From contig NC_000854.2 in NCBI RefSeq assembly GCF_000011125.1, positions 330,001 through 362,000 on the forward strand: a stretch of 32,000 nt of DNA. The letters run 5' to 3'. Every line of letters begins with the position of its first letter. Within the stretch, counting starts at the first letter, position 1. A model generated the notes under the pieces. The model saw only the letters and a list, made by a program, of their open reading frames with translations. It was not told the DNA's origin and made no database searches. The DNA is from Aeropyrum pernix K1 (GTDB taxonomy: Archaea; Thermoproteota; Thermoprotei_A; Sulfolobales; Acidilobaceae). This document shows, piece by piece, positions 1-8,420 of this stretch. A program made the translations under genes and the position numbers.

Positions 1-58
1 TTAATGGTTTAAGTGGAATAATCACGCCGCTCTTAACAATACCCTCTATCTCAGACAT
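1..58 (-). CDS. N-terminus of a DUF104/AF2212-like (VapB-type) antitoxin, truncated by the window edge
   Basis: Minus strand reads ATG TCT GAG ATA GAG GGT ATT GTT AAG AGC GGC GTG ATT ATT CCA CTT AAA CCA TTA = MSEIEGIVKSGVIIPLKPL, matching the I-E-[AG]-x-[YV]-x-x-G-V-[FI]-x-P-L start typical of DUF104 antitoxins. Only 19 codons are visible. Confidence 0.5.
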   Translation of the reverse strand, partial: MSEIEGIVKSGVIIPLKPL

Positions 59-167
59 CCTAAGAGCACCACGTGTTACCACCGCGGTAGAAGGTAATCA
101 AGTTACCCCGCATTGTACCTTTATTCTTGGTAGCATTACAGGAGCTAATTTGATATACAATTGTTGG

Positions 168-242
168 TGGGCCCGCGGGGATTTGAACCCCGGACCTCCG
201 CCGTGTGAGGGCGGCGTCCTAACCAGGCTAGACGACGGGCCC
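168..242 (-). tRNA. tRNA-Val (anticodon CAC)
   Basis: Reverse complement GGGCCCGTCGTCTAGCCTGGTTAGGACGCCGCCCTCACACGGCGGAGGTCCGGGGTTCAAATCCCCGCGGGCCCA folds as a cloverleaf. Acceptor is GGGCCCG:CGGGCCC, anticodon loop CTCACAC, T arm CGGGGTTCAAATCCCCG. CCA is encoded at 165-167. Confidence 0.95.
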
Positions 243-288
243 CTTAGGGCTCCATATGCTGGATTATTCTTGGTGGTGGGTTTATAGC

Positions 289-1263
289 TTACGCTGTTCT
301 CTGGGCTCCCTGGTTTTGGGCTATTTTTAGCGTGCAGTATATGAGTGTTGTGGCTAGGTGTAGGTGGCGGAGGCTTTCTAGGACGCGGGCTAGGGCTACC
401 GCTTCTGTCTTGCTGGTCTTGTCGCTGTATATTAGCTCTTCTACCCTTGACCTTAGCTTGGCTATGTTTGCGAGGACCTCGCTACTCCTCTTCAGGCTCT
501 CGCTGGCCACGTTTAGCGCCGCCTCTGATGCTACTGTGGATAGCGCTGTCAGAACGTCGAGGGTGTCCTTCGAGGCGTTGCCTCCCCCCCTGCTCAGGGT
601 CTTGACGGTGTCTAGCAGCGTCGAGGCTGCCAGGCCTAGGAAGTTCACTGCGAGGAGCTTTGATGCTGTGGCTCTTGCATCCTGCTGGCCTGTGTGAGAG
701 CCTATAACACCCATGAGGTACCTCTCCGCCAGGGTTATGCTCCTCTGGAGCCTGATCCTGGCCCTCTCAGCCTCCCCCTCGACGCTGGAGCCTCGGGCGG
801 CCTCTGTGAGAAGCTCTGCAATGTCCCTCAGGTCGCTCGCCACGCTCCTGATAACAGCCCTCAGATCCAGCTTGGAGGGGTCTACGAGTATGGATATGCT
901 AACGCTGTCGTCGTCCCTGACTACGTCGACTCCGATAAACCCGGATGTCGCGTCGCGTAGCATGTTATAGACATCGTCACCCGCATTCTCCAGTACAACC
1001 TCCTCAGGCCCGAGGACATAGGCGCACCAGAGCACTCTAATGGCGTCCCCCGGGTCTAGACCGCTCAGCCTAATTCTCGAGGCGGCTGTGGCCTCGCTGT
1101 CGACCGCTGGCACTATCCGGAGGCTGCCTCCCTCAACGACAACGTAGACGGGGTCACCCTGCTTAAGCCCCATCTCCCTAACCCACTCTTTCGGGAGCGT
1201 GACTACCAGGCTGCTGGAACCGAGCTTCTGGAGCCTCCTCACACCACCCCTGCCGAGATTCAC
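289..1263 (-). CDS. AbrB/SpoVT-like N-terminal domain fused to PhoU-like domain (phosphate-uptake-regulator-type protein)
   Basis: Protein VNLGRGGVRRLQKLGSSSLVVTLPKEWVREMGLKQGDPVYVVVEGG... has a swapped-hairpin N-terminus followed by a long helical PhoU-like region. The track ORF extends to 1734, but that part overlaps orc1/cdc6. A GTG start near 1263 is more plausible. Confidence 0.75.
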   Translation of the reverse strand: MNLGRGGVRRLQKLGSSSLVVTLPKEWVREMGLKQGDPVYVVVEGGSLRIVPAVDSEATAASRIRLSGLDPGDAIRVLWCAYVLGPEEVVLENAGDDVYNMLRDATSGFIGVDVVRDDDSVSISILVDPSKLDLRAVIRSVASDLRDIAELLTEAARGSSVEGEAERARIRLQRSITLAERYLMGVIGSHTGQQDARATASKLLAVNFLGLAASTLLDTVKTLSRGGGNASKDTLDVLTALSTVASEAALNVASESLKRSSEVLANIAKLRSRVEELIYSDKTSKTEAVALARVLESLRHLHLATTLIYCTLKIAQNQGAQRTA

Positions 1264-1446
1264 ATGGGGCCACCCTATCTTGCGCGCAACTCCAGTCTCG
1301 AATATTTGCGTGTAAAGACGGTATATATGTTTATAGAGTGGGGCAGCAGGATCGACGCAGAGGAGGCTAGGTAATACGGAGGCTCCCTTTCCTACAGGAT
1401 CCAGCGGAAAACAATGGTGTAGGGGTGGGTTGAGCTGGCGGATCCC

Positions 1447-2634
1447 TTGGAGGAGGTTTTCACGGCGGCGCTGGAGAGCAAGATATTCAGGAAGCGGTGG
1501 GTGCTTCTGCCGGACTATGTGCCTGACGTGCTTCCCCATAGAGAGGCGGAGCTTAGGAGGCTCGCCGAGGTCCTGGCTCCAGCGCTGAGGGGCGAGAAGC
1601 CTAGCAACGCTCTCCTCTACGGCCTTACCGGCACGGGCAAGACGGCTGTGGCCAGGCTGGTCCTGAGGAGGCTCGAGGCCAGGGCCAGTAGCCTGGGCGT
1701 GTTGGTCAAGCCTATCTACGTCAACGCCAGGCACAGGGAGACACCCTACCGCGTAGCCTCGGCTATCGCGGAGGCGGTTGGCGTTAGAGTACCCTTTACA
1801 GGGCTCAGCGTGGGAGAAGTCTACGAGAGGCTTGTCAAGAGGCTCTCGCGCCTCAGGGGCATATACATCATAGTGCTGGACGAGATAGACTTCCTCCCCA
1901 AGAGGCCCGGGGGACAGGACCTGCTCTACAGGATAACCAGGATTAACCAGGAGCTGGGCGATAGGGTGTGGGTCAGCCTAGTAGGGATAACGAACAGCCT
2001 TGGCTTCGTCGAAAACCTGGAGCCCAGGGTCAAGAGCAGCCTCGGCGAGGTGGAGCTAGTCTTCCCCCCATACACCGCGCCGCAGCTGAGGGACATACTG
2101 GAGACTAGGGCTGAGGAGGCCTTCAACCCCGGAGTCCTCGACCCCGACGTAGTCCCCCTCTGCGCCGCCCTCGCGGCGAGGGAGCACGGCGACGCGAGGA
2201 GGGCACTAGACCTCCTCAGGGTAGCCGGGGAGATTGCTGAGAGGAGGAGGGAGGAGAGGGTCAGGAGGGAGCATGTCTACTCGGCCAGGGCTGAGATTGA
2301 GAGGGATAGGGTCTCCGAGGTGGTGAGGACCCTCCCCCTCCACGCCAAACTAGTCCTACTGAGCATAATGATGCTGGAGGATGGCGGGAGGCCCGCCTCC
2401 ACCGGTGAGATCTACGAGCGTTACAAGGAGCTCACGTCAACCCTAGGCCTGGAGCACGTGACGCTGAGGAGGGTGAGCGGTATTATCAGCGAGCTGGACA
2501 TGCTCGGCATAGTGAAGAGCAGGGTGGTGAGCAGGGGGCGCTATGGCAAGACGAGAGAGGTTTCCCTGGACGCCGACAGGCTAGCGGTGGAGAACGCCCT
2601 CTCGGAGGACCCCTTCGTAGCCAGGCTGTTATAA
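1447..2634 (+). CDS. cdc6: Orc1/Cdc6 family replication initiator (AAA+ ATPase)
   Basis: 395 aa; Walker A YGLTGTGKTAVARLV, Walker B YIIVLDEIDFL, sensor VGITNSLGF, C-terminal winged helix. TTG start. Confidence 0.93.
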   Translation: MEEVFTAALESKIFRKRWVLLPDYVPDVLPHREAELRRLAEVLAPALRGEKPSNALLYGLTGTGKTAVARLVLRRLEARASSLGVLVKPIYVNARHRETPYRVASAIAEAVGVRVPFTGLSVGEVYERLVKRLSRLRGIYIIVLDEIDFLPKRPGGQDLLYRITRINQELGDRVWVSLVGITNSLGFVENLEPRVKSSLGEVELVFPPYTAPQLRDILETRAEEAFNPGVLDPDVVPLCAALAAREHGDARRALDLLRVAGEIAERRREERVRREHVYSARAEIERDRVSEVVRTLPLHAKLVLLSIMMLEDGGRPASTGEIYERYKELTSTLGLEHVTLRRVSGIISELDMLGIVKSRVVSRGRYGKTREVSLDADRLAVENALSEDPFVARLL

Positions 2635-2671
2635 CAAGTTTAAACCCCCTCTTAACTATAGACTGGCATTC

Positions 2672-3265
2672 GTGGAGCGGCCGGGGAGCGGCTTGGCCGG
2701 TGTAGTCGTGGGGTGTGACGACGGCCGGGTCGAGAAGCTGGGGCCGCAGGCCGGGTTCACTGCGGTGGCCTGCATATCCTGGGATAACAGGCTACGTCTC
2801 CCGTTGGCCGGAAGCCTGGGCCTGGTTAGGGTTGATGGTGTGGACGCTACAAGCGTGCTAGCAGGGCTGGTATTAAGGCTCGGCGCTGCTGGCAGGCCTG
2901 TTCTCCTAGACAGCCTGACTATAGGTGGGTTTAACATAGTCTCGCCCCCGGGGGTTGAGAGGCTTACAGGCAGCCCAGTCCTCGCCGTCTACAACTACAG
3001 GCCTTCCCTCGAGAGGCTAGAGTCGGGGTTGAGGTCCTCACGCCTCCCCCTCGCGGGTGTTAGGGCTAGGGTTCTGAGCCTTGTAGAGGAGGCTGCTGAG
3101 GCCTCGACACCCCACGGTCCGGTCTACCTAGTGGCCTGGGGTCTGGAGGCCTCGGAGGCTAGGAGGCTTGTTCTGGAGACTCAGGTTTATGGTAGGAAGC
3201 CTGAGCCTGTGAGGATAGCGCACTACACTGCCTCTGAAGCCTCTGAGGCACTGAGGCGGGTGTAG
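2672..3265 (+). CDS. DUF99/UPF0215 family protein (endonuclease V-like fold)
   Basis: VVVGCDDGRVEKLG..., VDGVDATSVLAGLV, LLDSLTIGGFNIVSP, SPVLAVYNYRPS, EPVRIAHYTASEA; the motif order is like DUF99. The true start is uncertain and may be a GTG/TTG downstream. Confidence 0.65.
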   Translation: MERPGSGLAGVVVGCDDGRVEKLGPQAGFTAVACISWDNRLRLPLAGSLGLVRVDGVDATSVLAGLVLRLGAAGRPVLLDSLTIGGFNIVSPPGVERLTGSPVLAVYNYRPSLERLESGLRSSRLPLAGVRARVLSLVEEAAEASTPHGPVYLVAWGLEASEARRLVLETQVYGRKPEPVRIAHYTASEASEALRRV

Positions 3266-3591
3266 CCGCCTGCGGCGCCCTCATCCCCCCCTTCGAAAAG
3301 CGCTATAGCGAGGACCTCGCCCCTCCTAGCGACCATGACGACCCGGGCTCCCTCCCAGTCTAGGGTCACCCTGACAATACCGTCTAGGGCTGCCCTCGAC
3401 CCTGATATTAATGCGGCGAGAGATCTGGCGTGCATTGCTACGGACTCTATATCCCTGCCTACCCTGCCCTCGACTACGGGATGCATGGGGGGAACAGAGT
3501 CCACTCCACCCCTTCCAACCCTCACAACCCTTATGCCACCCACACCGGGCACCCTAGGGCGTTTAGGATGGAGGGGGTGATGCAGTCTCAA
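3223..3591 (-). CDS. small hypothetical protein, start uncertain
   Basis: Open minus-strand frame filling the gap between the DUF99 gene and moaA. The region after about 3483 (MHPVVEGRVGRDIESVAMHARSLAALISGSRAALDGIVRVTLDWEGARVVMVARRGEVLAIALFEGG) looks protein-like; upstream of that it is Pro/Arg/Gly-rich. Confidence 0.4.
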   Translation of the reverse strand: MRLHHPLHPKRPRVPGVGGIRVVRVGRGGVDSVPPMHPVVEGRVGRDIESVAMHARSLAALISGSRAALDGIVRVTLDWEGARVVMVARRGEVLAIALFEGGDEGAAGGYTRLSASEASEAV

Positions 3592-3604
3592 CCCCCGTAT
3601 TACA

Positions 3605-4795
3605 CTAGCCTTCTATGAGGGGGGCCTTCAGGGTGGAGTATGCGAGGCGCTCGGCCTTAGCCTTGCCCGGCAGTGTAAGCCTAAGCCCTCTCCCGGTACT
3701 TGGGGCTTGGGGCTCCTGGCCGTCGTGCAGGCGGAAGAGGTATGTGGGCCTCCTAAGCGCGTTGGCCTCTAGGAGAATCTTCATAACCCTCCACACCTTC
3801 TCCTCCCTACTGCCTCCCCTCTTCAGCGCCTCGGCGACACTCGGGTAGGGCCCCTTCCAGTAGATGCAGGGGAGAAGCCTGCCGTCCCAGGTTAGCCTCA
3901 CCCTGTAACAGCCCATACAGAATACCGGGTTCTCCACGGGGTCAACCAGGTACACCCTCACACCGCTGGGAAGCCTGTAAACCCTCCTGTTGTGTAGCCT
4001 CCCCGTTTCCACCGCCACCGCCATGGAGGACAGCCTCTCCTCCACAACGTCTATAGGCCTTCTGAAGCTGGAGAGAACCTTCCTACCCCTCCCTGCCGGG
4101 TGGACCTCTATAACCTGGAGGTCGAAGCCGAGGTCCTCGGCCAGCCTTAGCAGCCTCCAGAACTCACCCTCGTTCAGACCCCTAAGCAGGACCATGTTAA
4201 CCTTAACCCTCAGGCCGGCCTTCAAAGCGGCTTCGACACCCTTCAGGGCTAGCTTCACAGCCCGCCTCCTAGTTATCTTCTCGTAGACCTCCTCGCTGAT
4301 GGAGTGCAGAGAGACGTTCACCCTGGCGAGGCCAGCCCTCTTAAGGCTGGAAGCCTTGAGGGGCAGGAGTATGCCGTTAGTGGTCATGGAGACCTCCCCG
4401 TACCTGGCGAGAACAGCCACTATCTTGTCAACATCACCCCGTATCAGAGGCTCCCCCCCAGTCAGCTTGAAACTGTCCACCCCCAGCCTGCTAGCCGCCT
4501 CTCCAATAATGTCGTAGTCCTCAACACTCAATACAGGACTCCAGCTGCCCGGCCTCATGGGGCCAGACTCCGTAGCCCCCTCCATATGGCAGAAGAAGCA
4601 GTCCAAGTTGCACTCCGGGGTAACGGCTATACGGAGGTCCTTCAGAGGCCTCCCGTACGCGTCGGCCACCACAGCCCCGCCACTGTTTACTCTAGGCGTT
4701 AGAGACAAACCCTTGACACCCCAGACGGCAAACCCCTCCTGCCCCCCGGTAGTTGAAGCCCGTGGACGCTCTCCTGTAGCCCGCTGGAGGGCCAA
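3605..4795 (-). CDS. moaA: MoaA-type radical SAM protein (GTP 3',8-cyclase, molybdenum cofactor biosynthesis)
   Basis: RIAVTPECNLDCFFCHMEG (CxxxCxxC), FKLTGGEPL, C-terminal second cluster CMGCYRVRLTWDGRLLPC. True start probably internal (near VWGVKGLSLTPRVNSGG). Confidence 0.85.
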   Translation of the reverse strand: MALQRATGERPRASTTGGQEGFAVWGVKGLSLTPRVNSGGAVVADAYGRPLKDLRIAVTPECNLDCFFCHMEGATESGPMRPGSWSPVLSVEDYDIIGEAASRLGVDSFKLTGGEPLIRGDVDKIVAVLARYGEVSMTTNGILLPLKASSLKRAGLARVNVSLHSISEEVYEKITRRRAVKLALKGVEAALKAGLRVKVNMVLLRGLNEGEFWRLLRLAEDLGFDLQVIEVHPAGRGRKVLSSFRRPIDVVEERLSSMAVAVETGRLHNRRVYRLPSGVRVYLVDPVENPVFCMGCYRVRLTWDGRLLPCIYWKGPYPSVAEALKRGGSREEKVWRVMKILLEANALRRPTYLFRLHDGQEPQAPSTGRGLRLTLPGKAKAERLAYSTLKAPLIEG

Positions 4796-4924
4796 CGATA
4801 ATTTATGGATCGCGCTAGATATTAAATTGTATAAATATTTGCGACTAGGTGGCGGGCGCTAGAAGCGGGAGGCATGCAAGGCTTATTATCCATCGTCTCC
4901 TAAATACTCCATAAGAGGCTGGGC

Positions 4925-4998
4925 GGGCCGGTAGCTCAGCCTGGAAGAGCGCCGCCCTCGCACGGCGGAGGCCCCGGGTTCAAATCCCGGCCGGTCCA
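4925..4998 (+). tRNA. tRNA-Ala (anticodon CGC)
   Basis: GGGCCGGTAGCTCAGCCTGGAAGAGCGCCGCCCTCGCACGGCGGAGGCCCCGGGTTCAAATCCCGGCCGGTCCA. Anticodon stem CCGCC/GGCGG with loop CTCGCAC. CCA encoded 4999-5001. Confidence 0.96.
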
Positions 4999-5015
4999 CC
5001 AGCGGGCCTTCCCTT

Positions 5016-5327
5016 CTATAATCTATTCATGCCGGTGATGAGGGCTCTAGCCTCTCTAACGACGGAGACAATATCTATCCTCGCAGGGCACACCTCCATG
5101 CAGGCACCGCATAGGAGGCACGAGTATAGGGATTCTAGATCGCCCTCCGTGGCCTTGCCGTCTAGTGCTACTAGCCTGGCTGAGAAGACGCGGCCCCTGG
5201 GGCCGTAGCCCCTGTGTCTTCCGAAGGGTAGTGTGGGGCATACCGGCTCGCAGAACCCGCAGTATATGCATTTTGACGTTTCAACCTTGAGGAACTCTAG
5301 GGTTTCCTTCAAACCCTCCCCCATCAA
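5016..5327 (-). CDS. small 2x[4Fe-4S] ferredoxin-like protein resembling the N-terminus of GlcF/HdrC-type subunits
   Basis: 103 aa with CIYCGFCEPVCP and CLLCGACMEVCP. It ends right after the second cluster motif, with no CCG domains. Confidence 0.8.
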   Translation of the reverse strand: MMGEGLKETLEFLKVETSKCIYCGFCEPVCPTLPFGRHRGYGPRGRVFSARLVALDGKATEGDLESLYSCLLCGACMEVCPARIDIVSVVREARALITGMNRL

Positions 5328-5399
5328 CTGTAATCAACCCTTAGCCCCGTTTTCGACAGGCATCTCCCACACTAGGCCCCTGCCGCCCCACGCTGTATT

Positions 5400-6677
5400 C
5401 TAGAATTGTTGTTTGCTAACCTTATTTTCATGTGTAAAGATTCTCCCCGCGTCTTCGCCGAGTACCTTTACAATGCAGTCTAGAGCGTCGTCCTCTCCGT
5501 AGACCCTCTTGCCAGCTATACACTTTAGTATCTCCCAGAGGGAGTCGGGGGAATTCTCGGTTGCTAGCCTGTAGAAGGCTAGGGGGACGCCGCAGCGTAT
5601 TATAACCCTCTGCTTATAGCCCCTCGGTATCCCCACGCCGAGTATCTTATATCCCCCCCTGACTCCAGCCTCCAGACACTCCCTAAGCTGCCTGGCCCTA
5701 CTCCTCAAAACCCCCTCTAGAGGGCCTCCAATGGTGAGTGATGCGGCGATAGCAGCGGCTTCCGGCATGTTCTCGTAAACCCAGTAGGCGCCGAGGTCCT
5801 TCGGCGTGCTGTCGGCAAAAGCCTTAGAGCCAAGGGTAACCAGCACCTCGTAGAGGGAGGCTCCCTCGGCCCTAGCAGCACCCCTGAGGACCTGGCTCCT
5901 AAGCGCCAGCATGTTGTCCTGGGCAAACGGGTCTGTCTCATCCCATATCTCCACTACCTTATCAACAACCCCTAGACCGGCTCCGGCTTCCTCGAAGACT
6001 GTGAATAGAGAGGCTATGTTATCCCAGGCCCTGGCGGCCTCCTCGCGGCCCAGGGACCTGCTCCTAACCCAGAATTGGGCGCCGTGGAGTCTGATTCTCC
6101 TGAACTTGCCTACCACCAGGGACAAGCCGGGTGATCTGTGTGTTGAGAGGCCTCTGAAGACGTTCTGGCCCTCCTCATACCCAGGCCCCACAACGGCTAA
6201 CCCACTCTCGAGATTGGCGCTGTAGACATAGCTCTTAATCCTACCCCTCAGCCCCCATGCTACCACATTATCGCCTGGAATGGGGTGCCAGAGCGTCTCA
6301 TCCTTAAGCAGAGCCCTATCGCCCCTTGTGCCGTACATGCTTAGCGTGAAGTCCTCTACATACCCTTCCACGAGGCCCGACGCCTCGCGGAAGTCCTCCT
6401 TCCTGGATGCGGTGTTGACTGTTGCCCAGCCTAGCCCCTTTTCCACGGTCCTCCTGTACTTCCAGCCTTCACCCTCCATACTCGCTTTGAGCCCCTTGTT
6501 GAAGGCGAGCGTGGCCGTGGGTTTCTCCAGCTTAATGGAGAAGCTGTAGCTTACTGTCGTCTTCTCTCCGCCCCTTCGAAGTGTTAGATCGCCGACTTCC
6601 AGCTCCTCGATAGTGTTGTCCTGCGTGAGCCCTTCGCCGCGGCCTCCTAGCAGTTTTCTGAATATGCTGCGTATCAT
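5400..6677 (-). CDS. hypothetical protein, 425 aa, no family recognised
   Basis: Long open frame MIRSIFRKLLGGRGEGLTQDNTIEELEVGDLTLRRGG...HENKVSKQQF, with an AT-rich promoter-like region upstream and divergent from the next gene. Confidence 0.8.
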   Translation of the reverse strand: MIRSIFRKLLGGRGEGLTQDNTIEELEVGDLTLRRGGEKTTVSYSFSIKLEKPTATLAFNKGLKASMEGEGWKYRRTVEKGLGWATVNTASRKEDFREASGLVEGYVEDFTLSMYGTRGDRALLKDETLWHPIPGDNVVAWGLRGRIKSYVYSANLESGLAVVGPGYEEGQNVFRGLSTHRSPGLSLVVGKFRRIRLHGAQFWVRSRSLGREEAARAWDNIASLFTVFEEAGAGLGVVDKVVEIWDETDPFAQDNMLALRSQVLRGAARAEGASLYEVLVTLGSKAFADSTPKDLGAYWVYENMPEAAAIAASLTIGGPLEGVLRSRARQLRECLEAGVRGGYKILGVGIPRGYKQRVIIRCGVPLAFYRLATENSPDSLWEILKCIAGKRVYGEDDALDCIVKVLGEDAGRIFTHENKVSKQQF

Positions 6678-6712
6678 CCGGGCAGCTCCCTTAATACGTA
6701 TTTCCTCGCAGT

Positions 6713-6740
6713 ATTAGATTTAACATTTAAAACATCTAAT
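6713..6740. promoter_or_regulatory. inverted repeat ATTAGAT-N14-ATCTAAT in divergent intergenic region
   Basis: Direct reading: attagat 6713-6719 and atctaat 6734-6740, between divergent genes 5400..6677(-) and 6784..8289(+). Confidence 0.35.
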
Positions 6741-6783
6741 ATAGATTATTAGCATTAATTATAGGCCCAGTAGGGTGGGCGTA

Positions 6784-8289
6784 ATGAATGAATCCGGCAA
6801 GACCATCATGGTGGGGAAGCTACCCGTAGGCTTCAAGCCGGAAGCACCCCCACCTCCACCCCTCAAAAGCCTCATCATAGGACCCGCCATAATCACTCTG
6901 GGCCTAGCAATAGGCAGCGGCGAGCTGATCTTCTGGCCAATAATGTCTGCCAACATAGGTCCCGTCCTGCTGTGGGCGGCACTGATATCACTCATATTCC
7001 AGACACTCTGGACCCTCGAGATGGCAAGGTGGACAGTGTGGACGGGAGAACACTGGGTCCTGCAGATGGCGCGGCTCCACGGCCTCGTATCCGCCGCCGT
7101 ACTATGGGGGCTCTTCACGTTCCTCGCATGGGGCTTCGGAGGATGGGCTGCAGCCGGGGGTAGGTCGCTCTACGTTCTCACAGGCGGACCGGGCGAGGAG
7201 AGCTTTGCAACGGTGTTCTGGGCAATAATACTGTTTCTAATAGTCTGGATCGTAGCCCTGCTTGCAGGGGTCGTCAGGGAGTGGGTGGAGTACATACTCA
7301 CCTTCAAGATGCTGATAATCTGGATAATGCTGCTGGTCAGCCTTGCAGTCGTGAGCAGCGTGGACGTCTGGGCCGACGTAATAAGAGGCACTTTCATCCC
7401 GTCATGGCCCTCAGAGGCTATCCCGGAGAAAGTGCCCTACTTCACCCTGGCGTCGGCGATAGCCTTCATCGGTGCGGGAGGCACGACCAACATGTGGTAC
7501 AGCTTCTGGGTGAGGGACGCAGGCTATGGGATGGGGGTGTACATAGGACGCATACCAGGCTATCTACGCGGTAGGCCCACTCAACTAGAGATTGTAGGCT
7601 ACCTGCCGGAGCCAACCCAGGAGAACCTCAGCAGGCTGAGCGAGTGGTGGTCGAGAGTCAGGAGCGTGTTCTGGCTCATATTCTTCCTCCTAAACTTCCT
7701 GACAGCAGTGTTCTTCGTAACCCTAGTCTACTCGGGTAAGAAGAACTTGGGTATAGAGACGGAGGGTGTCGGAGGGGTCGAGGTTATAGAGCTTCAGGCT
7801 AACATTGTAGCGGAGGCCTTCGGCTCCACAATAATGTCCGGTATATTCCTTATAGTGGCGGCCGTCCTCCTCTTCGGAACACAGCTCAGCGTCACAGAGG
7901 GTGTTGCAAGGCAGATAGCAGACTCGGCGTACGTGGCCATCGAGGGGTTCAGACGGGTCTTCAGGAACGACATTAGAACAGCATACTTCGCCGTGATAAC
8001 GCTATTCGTAATATGGAGCAGCCTTTGGATCTCACTCATAAACCTGGCTGGCATCAGGCCTGTGCTCCTACTCCAGCTACCTGCCAACATAAACCTGCTG
8101 TTCCAGATAATATCGATACCGCTAACACTATACTTCATCTACTTCGTAGCAGGCAAGAGCCTCCCGAAGGAGATCTGGAACGCCATGAAACCGCATCCAA
8201 TAGTACCCCTGCTACTTGTGCTAGCTATGCTCTACTGGGGCTTCTTCGCCACTCTAGGCTGGATGGAGAGATTCGGCCTGCTAGGCTAA
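6784..8289 (+). CDS. Nramp-like multi-pass membrane transporter
   Basis: About 11-12 hydrophobic segments; the LIIGPAIITLGLAIGSGELIFWP opening is reminiscent of the Nramp/divalent-metal transporter superfamily. ATG at 6784; the track also allows a GTG at 6775. Confidence 0.65.
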   Translation: MNESGKTIMVGKLPVGFKPEAPPPPPLKSLIIGPAIITLGLAIGSGELIFWPIMSANIGPVLLWAALISLIFQTLWTLEMARWTVWTGEHWVLQMARLHGLVSAAVLWGLFTFLAWGFGGWAAAGGRSLYVLTGGPGEESFATVFWAIILFLIVWIVALLAGVVREWVEYILTFKMLIIWIMLLVSLAVVSSVDVWADVIRGTFIPSWPSEAIPEKVPYFTLASAIAFIGAGGTTNMWYSFWVRDAGYGMGVYIGRIPGYLRGRPTQLEIVGYLPEPTQENLSRLSEWWSRVRSVFWLIFFLLNFLTAVFFVTLVYSGKKNLGIETEGVGGVEVIELQANIVAEAFGSTIMSGIFLIVAAVLLFGTQLSVTEGVARQIADSAYVAIEGFRRVFRNDIRTAYFAVITLFVIWSSLWISLINLAGIRPVLLLQLPANINLLFQIISIPLTLYFIYFVAGKSLPKEIWNAMKPHPIVPLLLVLAMLYWGFFATLGWMERFGLLG

Positions 8290-8335
8290 AGAACTAGAGA
8301 AACGGTAAAAAATAGCAGCGCATCCCAAACACGCG

Positions 8336-8349
8336 TTTTTCCCCTTTTT
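8336..8349 (+). terminator. pyrimidine/T-rich tract downstream of the transporter gene, candidate archaeal terminator
   Basis: gtttttccccctttttc located about 50 nt after the stop at 8289. Confidence 0.35.
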
Positions 8350-8420
8350 CTACCTCCTGGCATTCATCCTCTGCTATACTACATAGCCTCTGCGTGAGTA
8401 GGAAATGCTCTCCGCAGACG

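Noticed and set aside
332-697. Plus-strand 121-aa ORF MQYMSVVARCRWRR...
   Set aside because: Shadow ORF antisense to the PhoU-like gene; low-complexity Ser/Leu/Arg composition typical of GC-rich antisense frames.
1264-1734. Upstream half of the 481-aa minus ORF (289..1734)
   Set aside because: Overlaps orc1/cdc6 and has no recognisable protein character; the real N-terminus is the AbrB-like motif starting near 1263.
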